Source: an uncultured Oscillospiraceae bacterium (GTDB lineage: Bacteria > Bacillota > Clostridia > Oscillospirales > CAG-382). Taken from it: DNA of 57,677 nt. The DNA is taken from contig CAZTNR010000002.1 of NCBI GenBank assembly GCA_964614955.1, positions 1 through 57,677 on the forward strand. Direction: 5' to 3'. A program made the position numbers and the translations under genes. The notes below the pieces were generated by a model. The model searched no databases. It was given only the letters and a program-made list of their open reading frames with translations, and was not told the DNA's origin. Below are positions 45,509 to 55,542 of this stretch, piece by piece. The first letter of the stretch is position 1, and the number at the start of each line of letters is the position of its first letter.

Positions 45509-45756
45509 ATTCTCACATCCTTTGCCTTTTTATTATAAAAAATGATGTTGACTTAGTCGTTAATATAATGTAACATTTGGACTTATTTATGTTCATTAAT
45601 GCAAGAAAAGGTCATTGTAGGCGAAATGGTTGCGTGATATACTATAGATGTAAAATTGGTGGAATATACAAAGTGCTTTTGTTGATATATTTCATTTTCG
45701 GCATAATGGCATAAAAATATAATTTTGATATACATTTTGAAAGGAGTAAGATTTTT

Positions 45757-48700
45757 ATGAGAAAAAATTTAAGCGTTTTACTTGCATTGATGATGGTTCT
45801 TTCGACGGTAAGTTTTGCTTTGCCTTCGGCTATAACTGTTTACGATGCAGTAAACGAATTCATTTCGGAGGCATATTCTGAAGAGAATGCAGAGCTTTCC
45901 GGCGATGAATGGAGCAATACCGAAAAGGGTTACAAGCTCTTTGTTATCGACTTTGAAACAAAGAACGACGGCACAGCCCTTGTTTCAAGTGATTACTCTG
46001 CAATAACAAACAGCAGAGTTGATGCTACTGCAACCACTAAAACAGGCGGTGTTGCTGTAAGTGCTGTCGGCAGAACAAACCCGAATTATACGGTCAATGC
46101 CCGTGTTAACGTAAAGGGCGGTTCCGGTGCATCCCTCTCAGGTACAGATAATAAGTATCTCACGCTTTCTACTGCAGGCGACTCGCTTATTTTCAGCCAG
46201 CTTTATGTAGGTGACGGTACATATGTATTCGAATTTGAAACAGACACCGTAACATACAACGCTATAAGAGGAAGCTATAATGCAGGTGTTACTCCTACAG
46301 CCACGGCAAAGGACGGCACATGGTATGCGACCTCTCATACAGCTGCAAATATGACAGAAGCGTTGTCCACAAGCTGTTCTTCATACGGCACAGATAATAT
46401 CCGCTTCCATTTCAGCACAACGCCCACAATGTATGATAACATCGTTGTGTACTATCAGCCTACGGGCTGGACATCACCTTCTACAGGTAATGAAGGCGGC
46501 GAGGAGGACGAAGGTGCCGCTGACACACAGAGCTGGACTCATCCCACATACGGTACAAAGCTCTTTAATATGGACTTTGATACCAATAATAACGGTGAAG
46601 CAGTGGCAGAAGCTGCTCTTTCGGGTATCAATGGGGGAAAAATCAGCAGCGGCAGTGAGGGTATTCTCGTTTCAACTGTCGGTCAGATTAACCCCGAGCT
46701 CAGTGCCGATGAAGCCTCTGACTACAGAGTAAGCCTTTATGACGGTACAGGCAATATGACCTATTCTCTCGAAAGTGTCGGCGACAGCCAAGGACTCGGT
46801 TTTATTGCAACAGGAAGCTATAAGCCAAGCCTTTATATCGGTGGTGTCTATGATAAGGCAGGTTCTTATACTATAGTTATTGACTATAAGTATGATGACG
46901 GTGGCAGCGGTGTCGCACACAATAACATTCAGTTTGCAAATCCCACGGCTACTTATTATGACGGGACTTTAAGCTCAGGAAGCCTTGAAACTGTACCCTA
47001 TACACTTGAGTATACAGACTCCGATACATATATCAGCCAGAGAATCGTATTCTATTGTAACGGTTCTACCGATACCTTCACGGGCAGTGAAAAGTTTATT
47101 ATTGACAACCTCAGTGTTTACTATTACGATGAAAACATCGACTATACTGAGCCTGAAGAACCCTCGACCGATATTTGGGAAAGCACAGAATACGGTACAA
47201 AGCTTTATGAAGTAAACTTTGATACAAAGCTTGACGGCACAACTGTAACCGAAACCGACCTTTCGGGTATTGACAGCGGCAGACTCGACCAGGATTTGTC
47301 AGCAGGTATTCTTGTTTCCAATATCGGTAAGGTAAACCCAAATATTGATGCCACATATTCCGAAGACTACAGAATCAGCGTAAAGGATCTTACTTATTCT
47401 CTCGGAACGGCTGACGGAAAGACCTTCCTTGACATAAAGTCCACAACCGAAAAGCCCTGTATTATGCTTGGCGGCTTCAATGACAGAGACGGTGATTATA
47501 CAATTGTCATCGACTACAGATACCTGAAGAACACCAGCTCCTATACCCACGACAGACTTTATATGCACACCCACAATCAGAATGTTGACTCGTCTCTTCT
47601 CAGTAACGAAAGCTGGGCGACTGCGCCTTATTCCTTCTCAACCCTTGACGGAGATGTGTATAAGACCAATTATATGAGAATGGTATTCTACTCTGTAGGT
47701 AATGTCTTCACGGGTGTAGAAGAATTCCAGATTGATAAGATTTCTGTTTACTATAAGGCAAAGACCACTGTTAAGGTGACGGTAAGTGCCAACGGAAATG
47801 CTGATATGAGCGACGTTGTAATGAGTGATATTTCAGCAAGCGGCGTTCGTGTAGCCGATATACTTGCAAGAATTACCAATAACTCAGGTAAACAGCTTCT
47901 CGGTATTTCTGCGACTGCAGACGGTGTGACTTTATCTGCAGGCGAGACAATAACCCCTGCAGACGGTGCAACCCTTTATATGATCTGGGGTAATGAAATC
48001 GTCGATAAGGAAATAACCTGGACTGACTCCGAAAAGGGTTATCTTCTCTATGACCTTGACTTTGAAACCGAAAAGCACTATGTAAAGAACAACGATGAAC
48101 TCAGTCTCTTCGGTGCTGTCAATACAAATATTATAAATAACGGCGACTGGTACATTACCGTGAATTATTATGAAGACCTGCTTCCCGGTACGGGTACAGC
48201 CACCTATGAACCCAAGGAAGGGGAAATCAGATACGAATATGTTGATGGAAAGTACAATAAGTATCTTTCGATAAAGCCCGACGGAACAACCTGCTGGCCT
48301 CAGGTAGGCATTATGGCTTATGCCGTAGGCAGCTCCAATTATACCGTATTCGGCGGTGCAAACGGTATCTATACAATTGAAGGCGACGTCAGAGCAATTC
48401 TTGCCGACGGCTCAAATTACTCTTATACCTCGATTGTCGTTGATATGGCAACATATGACGAAACATCTGCAAAGTACACCTCGCAGACTCAGATTACCTC
48501 TGTAGGATACACATATACAACCGGCGAATGGGCGACAATCAGCGGTGTACTCGATAATGCCGACTATGACGGACTTTCAAGAATTAAACCCTGTAACCAG
48601 TATTCGGATCTTCCTATAGCAGGTGCAGACGAAATACACTTTGATAACTTCAAGCTCTACTGGAAGCCCTATACCGTAAATGTTACCTTTGATAACAGCG

Positions 48701-50838
48701 CGGTTGCCACAATGTCAAATCAGACGGTCTCTGTATCTACAGAAAACCCCATAACTGTCGGCGACCTTAAGAAGCTCGTAAAGTCAGACGGTCTTATGGA
48801 ACTCAAGGGTTTATCTAAGGCAAAGGGCGGTGTGCTTCTTTCTGATGATACCGTAATTGATTTCTTTGGAAACCTTACATTCTACACAGTCTGGGAGCAG
48901 AAGGATATGACGGGCTGGACACACGATGACTACGGTATTCTTGTCTATGACCTTGACTTCAACAGTTCAGAATCATTTACAACAAGTACTTTGGCATCCC
49001 TTTATGGCAGAGTAAATCCCAACCTTACCGACAGCGAAAACTGGACAATTTCATCTCACTACTTAAAGGATGCAGAAATTGTTGACGACGGTTCAGGCAA
49101 TAAGTACTTAAAAATGTCTGTTGACGGTACAAATGAGTATCCTCAGATTCAGGTGAACGCAAATGTTACGGACAGTTATGTATTTTCTTCTGACGGTAAC
49201 TATACACTTATGGCGGACATTAAGGTTGTCTCTGCCGACGGCTATATGACAAACACCTTAAACAGCGTAAGTCTTGCGCTTCACGGAGCGACAAATACCG
49301 ACGGCGTATGGAGTTATACACAGGAAGGAGGCGGCTGGTCAACAAGTGACAAAACAGCACTTTCCTCTGACTTTGTTTCGGCTCTCGGTACATTTAATTG
49401 CTCATCATATGACGGTGTTTCAAAGATAATCTACTGTATGTCCTACGGTGAAGTGCCTACAGCCGATATTGAAGCTCTTTATATTGACAACCTCAGACTT
49501 TACTGGAAGCCTTCATATGTAACGGTAACAGTAAAGCCCGGCGAAAACAAGCTTGCCCGTGAACACGCTATCAAGGTAAGCACATCGGGCGTATCTGTTT
49601 CCGATATTATGACAAAGGTAGTTGACCACGGTGATATGATTCTCAAAGGCATCTCCAATAAGGCAGGTGGCAGTGCACTTTCGGGTACACTTACACTCAG
49701 CTCTGACACAACACTTTACGCACTTTGGGAAGAAACAGGCGAAGTTCTCAGTGAATACAGCGTTGAATTTGAAAAAGACGAATCCAGCGGCATTGACGTA
49801 TACTGGAAAAACCACGGTACAAACTCCGAGGGTAACGGATATGTGAGAAACACCGACGGACACGGCGTATTTACCTTCAATGCAAAGAAGGAACACTCTG
49901 CCGTATGGGATTCAAATATCAGCTTTACTTCCTTTGTGAGTAAAGCTACTCCTGCCGGTGAAATAAAAGCAATCATGGTAAGAATGAGATACAGAAATGT
50001 TCCTTACTTTGACTGCTCGTGTGCAACCGATGTCAACAGCCACGTTCATGAATACAAAACAGGCAGTACGAACACCTATGACAATAAGAAACAGATGATG
50101 CAGTTCTATTATCTCACTCCCGATACTACTAAAATGAGTGAATCACAGTCGCTTAAGTATAACTTCTCTGTGGCAGACGGCGACGGAATTGAAAATGACT
50201 GGTTTACATTCTACATTGATGTTTCCGAGAATGCTGATTTCAGAGATAAGGGTATTTCAGATCTCCGACTTGACTTCAATAATGACGTTTGGGACGGTAC
50301 TGTAATCGATATTGACTACATCAGATTTATCGGTGATAAATCAAAAGCACCTGTTACGCAGAATACGAATTCAATAAAGACAACTGATCCTTTGGGTATA
50401 CGCTTTATGGCTTCATTAAAGAAGGAGCTTGTAGAGTCTTCAAGTTCCTACGGATGGGTTATTGCAAGAGAAGTATCACTTGCTGCAGCCGGACTTTCAA
50501 ATTCAGACTTTTCATATGAAGCGGCAACAGAAAAGAGCGTAGCTGCTCTCAGGGGTGTAAACTTCGGAGAGGGCAGAGAAGAGGCACTGACCCTCAGTGA
50601 AGACTCTGTAAATGTTTACTTTACTGCAATGCTTTATAATATCCCCTCAGATATGTACGAGGATAAGCTTGTGGCAAGACCATTTGCCGTTGTAGACGAC
50701 GTTACTTACTACGGCGCACCTCTTTCAAAGAGTGTGTATGATGTGGCAAAGGCGCTTCGTGACGGCGGATTCTCGGGATGTACAGCGGCACAGCAGACAT
50801 ATATCCAAAGAGTTATAGACAAAGTAGAAATGGCATAA
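45757..50838 (+). CDS. Giant secreted modular surface protein 3 (1693 aa); no C-terminal KWWPHLL domain
   Basis: RBS AAAGGAG and signal peptide MRKNLSVLLALMMVLSTVSFA. Five ~200-aa modules each start W..[ST]E.G.[KL]L...DF[ED]T and end DN[ILF].[VL]YY/W.P. Also three Flg_new-like repeats, one module ending IDIDYIRFIGD, and a GIRF-type domain (50380-50750). Confidence 0.9.
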   Translation: MRKNLSVLLALMMVLSTVSFALPSAITVYDAVNEFISEAYSEENAELSGDEWSNTEKGYKLFVIDFETKNDGTALVSSDYSAITNSRVDATATTKTGGVAVSAVGRTNPNYTVNARVNVKGGSGASLSGTDNKYLTLSTAGDSLIFSQLYVGDGTYVFEFETDTVTYNAIRGSYNAGVTPTATAKDGTWYATSHTAANMTEALSTSCSSYGTDNIRFHFSTTPTMYDNIVVYYQPTGWTSPSTGNEGGEEDEGAADTQSWTHPTYGTKLFNMDFDTNNNGEAVAEAALSGINGGKISSGSEGILVSTVGQINPELSADEASDYRVSLYDGTGNMTYSLESVGDSQGLGFIATGSYKPSLYIGGVYDKAGSYTIVIDYKYDDGGSGVAHNNIQFANPTATYYDGTLSSGSLETVPYTLEYTDSDTYISQRIVFYCNGSTDTFTGSEKFIIDNLSVYYYDENIDYTEPEEPSTDIWESTEYGTKLYEVNFDTKLDGTTVTETDLSGIDSGRLDQDLSAGILVSNIGKVNPNIDATYSEDYRISVKDLTYSLGTADGKTFLDIKSTTEKPCIMLGGFNDRDGDYTIVIDYRYLKNTSSYTHDRLYMHTHNQNVDSSLLSNESWATAPYSFSTLDGDVYKTNYMRMVFYSVGNVFTGVEEFQIDKISVYYKAKTTVKVTVSANGNADMSDVVMSDISASGVRVADILARITNNSGKQLLGISATADGVTLSAGETITPADGATLYMIWGNEIVDKEITWTDSEKGYLLYDLDFETEKHYVKNNDELSLFGAVNTNIINNGDWYITVNYYEDLLPGTGTATYEPKEGEIRYEYVDGKYNKYLSIKPDGTTCWPQVGIMAYAVGSSNYTVFGGANGIYTIEGDVRAILADGSNYSYTSIVVDMATYDETSAKYTSQTQITSVGYTYTTGEWATISGVLDNADYDGLSRIKPCNQYSDLPIAGADEIHFDNFKLYWKPYTVNVTFDNSAVATMSNQTVSVSTENPITVGDLKKLVKSDGLMELKGLSKAKGGVLLSDDTVIDFFGNLTFYTVWEQKDMTGWTHDDYGILVYDLDFNSSESFTTSTLASLYGRVNPNLTDSENWTISSHYLKDAEIVDDGSGNKYLKMSVDGTNEYPQIQVNANVTDSYVFSSDGNYTLMADIKVVSADGYMTNTLNSVSLALHGATNTDGVWSYTQEGGGWSTSDKTALSSDFVSALGTFNCSSYDGVSKIIYCMSYGEVPTADIEALYIDNLRLYWKPSYVTVTVKPGENKLAREHAIKVSTSGVSVSDIMTKVVDHGDMILKGISNKAGGSALSGTLTLSSDTTLYALWEETGEVLSEYSVEFEKDESSGIDVYWKNHGTNSEGNGYVRNTDGHGVFTFNAKKEHSAVWDSNISFTSFVSKATPAGEIKAIMVRMRYRNVPYFDCSCATDVNSHVHEYKTGSTNTYDNKKQMMQFYYLTPDTTKMSESQSLKYNFSVADGDGIENDWFTFYIDVSENADFRDKGISDLRLDFNNDVWDGTVIDIDYIRFIGDKSKAPVTQNTNSIKTTDPLGIRFMASLKKELVESSSSYGWVIAREVSLAAAGLSNSDFSYEAATEKSVAALRGVNFGEGREEALTLSEDSVNVYFTAMLYNIPSDMYEDKLVARPFAVVDDVTYYGAPLSKSVYDVAKALRDGGFSGCTAAQQTYIQRVIDKVEMA

Positions 50839-50856
50839 GAAAGGAGCAGATAGATT

Positions 50857-53800
50857 ATGAAAAAGAAAATAATTTCGATAGTAGCTTTTGCTCTTCTTAT
50901 CTGCCTTCTTGCGGTAGGAGCATCGGCTTCACAGATTAAAAACGTGATTTTCCTTATTCCCGACGGTGCGGGTATGAATACCTTCGACTTTGCAAATGAT
51001 GTAAAGGTTGCAGGCGGCTTTGATGATACAAAGTTCCCCTACAGAACACAGGTTGATAACAGCCCGATGTTTATGAAGGATTATATGGCAGGTACCTGCT
51101 CAACAAATACCTATACCAACACACTTACCGACTCTGCGGCTGCAGGTACAGCACTTGCTACAGGTTATAAAACACTCTCGGGTCAGCTTGGTGTTGACTA
51201 CAGAGGAAGACCCAAGGCAAATATGCTTGAAATGGCACAGTCTGTCGGTAAGGCTACAGGTGTTGTAGCCACCTACGAATGGATGCACGCAACTCCTGCA
51301 TCCTTCGGTGCACACGTTATGACAAGAACTGACTATGAAAACATCTATCAGCAGATGGAAAATCAGAAGATAGATGTTGTTCTCGGCTCAGGCTACGGTG
51401 CAGTTTCAAGCTATGCGACAATTCAGAACGCAACCGACAGAGGCTATACAATTATTACAAACCGTTCTGATCTTGAAAATGTAGAACCCGGCGATAGACT
51501 CTGGGGCAATGCTACAAATAACAGCTCACCCTATGATATTAACCTTACAGCCACACAGCCGACTCTTGCCCAGATGACTCAGGCGGCAATCACAGCACTC
51601 TCTTCTGACGAAGACGGCTTCTTCCTTATGGTAGAAGGAAGTAAGGTTGATACAGGTGCACACGCAAATGATGCCGTTGTATCATCCTCTGAATATATAG
51701 CATTTGACGAAGCCTTCAGAGTTGCAGTCGAATTTGCAAAAGGCAGAACAGATACAGTTGTATTTGCAACCCCTGACCACGATACCGGCGGTATGCTTTA
51801 TCACGACCTTATTGCATCCGACCCCGATGCTGCTGCAAATGCAATAGCCGAGGCAAGGGTTGGTACTAATCCCTCGGCTCTCGGTTGGACAACAGGCTCT
51901 CATACACAGCAGCTTGTCGGCGTATGGTTCTATGCCCCCGAAGGCGTTGCTATAGTAGATGGTCTTAATCCCGATGTCGGCGACACAGAAGATACAAGAA
52001 ACAACTATGTTATTGACAACACCGCTTTTGCACCTTATGTTGCTTCTCTTATGGGAGTAGATATGGATGAGGTTACAAAGTCACTCTTTGTTGACGTAAC
52101 AGATATCGGTGTTTATTCCTCGGGCACAGGTAAGTTTACCTTCAACAGTACGGGAAAGTATATCTATAAGAACCAGTCCTGGTACTATACAAAGAGTGGG
52201 GAAAAGATAGACCTTGACGGTAAGGTTTCACTTTACTCCAACGGCAGAATGTACGTGCCCTCCGATATGGTTGCGGAGGATGACTGGAACTATGTTTCAG
52301 ACGGCACTGAGGGTATTCAGGGCTCGGGTACAATTGCCGACCCATACCTTATCGACGATGAAAACGATTTTCTTGATTTCACAGCTTCTGTTATTGGCGG
52401 TGAAACCTACAGCGGTATGTACTTCGAGCAGACAGCCGATATTGATATGTCAGAAGTTTCTGAATATACTGCAATGACAGGAAGTAACACTTTCTCAGGT
52501 ATCTATAACGGCTGCGGCTATACAATTAATGTTGCTGTTTCCAAGGACGGTGAAGCAGCTGTATTTGGTCAGATAGGCTCAGGCGGCATTGTTATGAACG
52601 TCGGTATTACAGGCTCTCTGACAAGTAATACAACATATGCTGCAGGTATTGTAAGAAAAATTGCGGCAGGCGGTAAACTTGTAAACTCCTATTCTTTGGC
52701 ATCCCTTTCGGGTTCTTCCGAAGGCGGTCTTACAATGTCTGTTTACGGTACAATTGAAAACTGCTATTTCGGCGGTACTCTTACAAAGTCGGGCTCTGCT
52801 CCCATAGGCGGCGTTTCAAGTTCTGAAAAGGTAAAGAATTGCTACTATGTTGATTCCTGCGGTGGTTCGCAAACAGCAGACGGCATCACGGCAGTTACGG
52901 AAGAAGCTGCAAAGTCAACACTTGCTTCGACTCTTGAGTCGGGCAAGGCAGATGCGGCGGCAACCGTAGGCTTTACAGAGGAGGATATGTGCTACTGGAG
53001 ACAGAGCAGTGTAAATTCACTTCCCGAAATTTATCTTCCCGTTCCAACTGTTACGGGCGTTACTGTATCTCCTTCAAGCGTTACGGTAAATAAGGGCGAC
53101 GGTGTTCAGCTGACGGCAAATGTTACTGGTGAATTCAATCCTTCGACAGAGGTTATCTGGACTATTGAAGCAACAGAAGACATAGCTTCCGGCACAAAAG
53201 TTTACGAAGACGGCTACCTCTTGATTGACAGATACGAGACAGCCTCCGGTTTTACGGTTATGGCAAAGTCCAAGGCAAACGGTGCTGTCGCAGGAAGTGC
53301 TAAGATTACAGTCGGCTCTGCTACGGTTACTGCCGAGGATGGTACTCGTGCAAGACCTTATCTTATCGAAAACGAAGAGGATTATCTCGCTTTTGTAAAT
53401 GCAATAATTGCAGGCACAACCTACAGCGGAAAGTACTTCAGACAAACCGCAGACCTTGATATGGCAGACTACGAGGGATATTACGGTATCCCTGACAGCA
53501 AGAGCTTTGGCGGTATCTACGATGGTGCGGGTTATGAAATTAATGTTGATATTGCAATGAGCGACGATGCTTACGGCGTTTTTGGTCTTCTTACGAATGC
53601 TACTGTTATGAATCTCGGTGTAACTGGTTCTATCAACAATAACGGTCAGTATGCAGCAGGTATTGTAAGAAAAATGACAAACTCTGTTGTAATCAACTGC
53701 TACTGCAGTGCTGATGTAAATGCGCAGGGGAAGAGTGCAGGCGGTATTGCCGTTTCCAACTACGGTAAGATTATTGCCAATGTATATTACAGCGGTACTC

Positions 53801-55062
53801 TAACAGGCTCAGACCTCAGATTTATTGCAACTCCTACAGGTGATGCAAATCCTGAAAACTTTAATGCCTTCTACGTAGGCGAGGATTACTATGTGTCGGA
53901 AAATGACATTGAAATATCTCGCGATACATTTATGAGTGAAGACTTTGTTGCAATTCTCAATGAGGGCAGGGAAGAATCGGCAGAAAAAGCAGGCGTTGCC
54001 GTCAGCAATCTCTGTATGTGGACTCTTGGCGCCGATGGTCCTGTGTTTGTTAAAGATACGTCGGGTGTTGCAGGTGCTATCACATCTGATACTGTCATTC
54101 TCTCACTTGAAATCACTGCCGATACACAAATTACAGCAGGCGAGTACCTTGTAACATTTAATGATTTAAGTATTGCTTCAGGTGCTGTTCTCACACTCGG
54201 TGAAGGTACATATATCATCGAAAACTACTCCGGTGCAGGTGTACTCAGCGCGTCTGAAAACGCAAACGTAATTGTACTTTCCGATAATAAGCCGAAGGGG
54301 TATGTTGAAATCGACATTGGTGAAAGAGAAGCTGACACAAACGTAAGATTTGCTGAAGCTTGCGGCAGACAGTTTGCAATACGTGAATATAATAACATTT
54401 ACGGTGTGATTGCAGGCAAGGATATGCTCGTTGAAATTACGGAAAAGACCAGTAATGAAGCTGTTGTTTTGGCAAAGTCAAGCTATTATGCGGTTGATGC
54501 TGAAACTGATTGTTATAATAAACTTGATATGGATAGCTTTATTAAGAATGTAAACGCTCTTTCCGTGAGGGCTTCGGATCCCATTGGCATTAGGTTCAGC
54601 TCGAACATAACCACCGCATCAAAGAATGAGAAGAATTCTTTTGAGATTACCGAATACGGCTATATTATAGGTCTTGAATCAACACTTATCAATAAGGGTG
54701 AAGAACTCAATTTTGATGCGACTAAATACGTTTACGGTGTTGCATACGAAAAGAACGGAAAAGACCTCGTGTTTGATTCGTCAAATGACCTCTATGATGT
54801 GTTTACGGGTGTACTTTATAATATTCCCGATACAGCATACGGCGAAAGAATCGTTTCCAAGACTTATACAAAGATTAGAATTGACGGTAGTGAGTATATA
54901 GTATACGGCGAGCCTGTTTCGGCAAGTATCTATGAAATTGCTCTTATCAGCCGCGGTATTGATATGTCTGATGAACATAAGGCTGTTATCGACAGTATTA
55001 TAAATAAAGCGGAGGATATGTCACCGGATCTTGGATTTGATGTAGGTGATCTCTATAACTGA
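50857..55062 (+). CDS. Secreted multidomain protein: N-terminal alkaline phosphatase fused to GLUG-like repeats, Big_2 and a GIRF-type domain (1401 aa)
   Basis: It starts 18 nt after the upstream stop, with RBS AAAGGAG and a signal peptide. PhoA-family motifs: IPDGAG, TDSAAAGTALATGYKT, EGSKVDTGAHAND, TPDHDTGG. A copper-amine-oxidase-N-like stretch follows (NGRMYVPSDMVAED). There are two G[ST]...PYLI..E.D...F......G.TYSG.YF.QTADLDM / F.GIY.G.GY.INV units, and Big_2 (VTGVTVSPSSVTVNKGDGVQLTANV). The C-terminal GIRF-type domain is at 54574-54945. Confidence 0.85.
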   Translation: MKKKIISIVAFALLICLLAVGASASQIKNVIFLIPDGAGMNTFDFANDVKVAGGFDDTKFPYRTQVDNSPMFMKDYMAGTCSTNTYTNTLTDSAAAGTALATGYKTLSGQLGVDYRGRPKANMLEMAQSVGKATGVVATYEWMHATPASFGAHVMTRTDYENIYQQMENQKIDVVLGSGYGAVSSYATIQNATDRGYTIITNRSDLENVEPGDRLWGNATNNSSPYDINLTATQPTLAQMTQAAITALSSDEDGFFLMVEGSKVDTGAHANDAVVSSSEYIAFDEAFRVAVEFAKGRTDTVVFATPDHDTGGMLYHDLIASDPDAAANAIAEARVGTNPSALGWTTGSHTQQLVGVWFYAPEGVAIVDGLNPDVGDTEDTRNNYVIDNTAFAPYVASLMGVDMDEVTKSLFVDVTDIGVYSSGTGKFTFNSTGKYIYKNQSWYYTKSGEKIDLDGKVSLYSNGRMYVPSDMVAEDDWNYVSDGTEGIQGSGTIADPYLIDDENDFLDFTASVIGGETYSGMYFEQTADIDMSEVSEYTAMTGSNTFSGIYNGCGYTINVAVSKDGEAAVFGQIGSGGIVMNVGITGSLTSNTTYAAGIVRKIAAGGKLVNSYSLASLSGSSEGGLTMSVYGTIENCYFGGTLTKSGSAPIGGVSSSEKVKNCYYVDSCGGSQTADGITAVTEEAAKSTLASTLESGKADAAATVGFTEEDMCYWRQSSVNSLPEIYLPVPTVTGVTVSPSSVTVNKGDGVQLTANVTGEFNPSTEVIWTIEATEDIASGTKVYEDGYLLIDRYETASGFTVMAKSKANGAVAGSAKITVGSATVTAEDGTRARPYLIENEEDYLAFVNAIIAGTTYSGKYFRQTADLDMADYEGYYGIPDSKSFGGIYDGAGYEINVDIAMSDDAYGVFGLLTNATVMNLGVTGSINNNGQYAAGIVRKMTNSVVINCYCSADVNAQGKSAGGIAVSNYGKIIANVYYSGTLTGSDLRFIATPTGDANPENFNAFYVGEDYYVSENDIEISRDTFMSEDFVAILNEGREESAEKAGVAVSNLCMWTLGADGPVFVKDTSGVAGAITSDTVILSLEITADTQITAGEYLVTFNDLSIASGAVLTLGEGTYIIENYSGAGVLSASENANVIVLSDNKPKGYVEIDIGEREADTNVRFAEACGRQFAIREYNNIYGVIAGKDMLVEITEKTSNEAVVLAKSSYYAVDAETDCYNKLDMDSFIKNVNALSVRASDPIGIRFSSNITTASKNEKNSFEITEYGYIIGLESTLINKGEELNFDATKYVYGVAYEKNGKDLVFDSSNDLYDVFTGVLYNIPDTAYGERIVSKTYTKIRIDGSEYIVYGEPVSASIYEIALISRGIDMSDEHKAVIDSIINKAEDMSPDLGFDVGDLYN

Positions 55063-55076
55063 TTAAATTTAAAAAG

Positions 55077-55104
55077 CTCTGTCCGAAAGGGCAGAGCTGA
55101 TTTT
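55077..55104. terminator. Intrinsic terminator after the alkaline phosphatase fusion gene
   Basis: GCTCTGTCC-gaaa-GGGCAGAGC hairpin preceded by AAAAA and followed by TGATTTTA. Confidence 0.75.
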
Positions 55105-55125
55105 ATGAAAAAAGAAAATTAAATG

Positions 55126-55173
55126 GAAGTGACCCTCAGTTATGTTTCTTTACACACAACCGAGGGTCACTTC
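55126..55173. repeat. Perfect 12-bp inverted repeat with a 24-nt loop
   Basis: GAAGTGACCCTC (55126-55137) and GAGGGTCACTTC (55162-55173). On the minus strand it is followed by a T-rich tract (catttaattttctttttt). Confidence 0.8.
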
Positions 55174-55542
55174 TGTTCACTCTTGAAATCCAGTGTCATT
55201 TTATTAACTTCTCCTTTCGAATCTACCTGCCAATCAGTCATTACAATTCTTAAAACACACTAAAACAAAAACGATTTTCCAAAGATATAAAAACTAAGGT
55301 GAAAATTTGGTTTCAATTCCTATAGAGTATTTGCCTATTAAATTGTAAATGTGTTTTATCCTGTAATTTTTCCGAACAGGGCAGATGCTTTGACCTTCTG
55401 TACTGTTTCGTAAATCAATTAAACATGGCATCACCGACTAAGTAAACAATTCTAAATATATGTAATGCGTAACACCGCCGTGTGAAATATCTTTCGGTTT
55501 GCTATATTCTTTGATTTACGTATCTGATACATCGGGCTGAGG

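Noticed and set aside
45589-45714. 41-aa ORF (MFINARKGHCRRNGCVIYYRC...) in the AraC/giant-3 intergenic region as a third copy of the conserved small ORF
   Set aside because: It has no RBS and no similarity to the 8202 and 17414 peptides. It is Cys/basic-rich rather than acidic.
8373-50838. Diversity-generating retroelement, invertible promoter (shufflon/invertase) or other programmed variation machinery for the paralogue family
   Set aside because: No reverse transcriptase, recombinase or invertase gene is present. No template/variable repeat pair with adenine-specific differences occurs. No long inverted repeats flank the promoters. Variation here appears to be by ordinary duplication and divergence.
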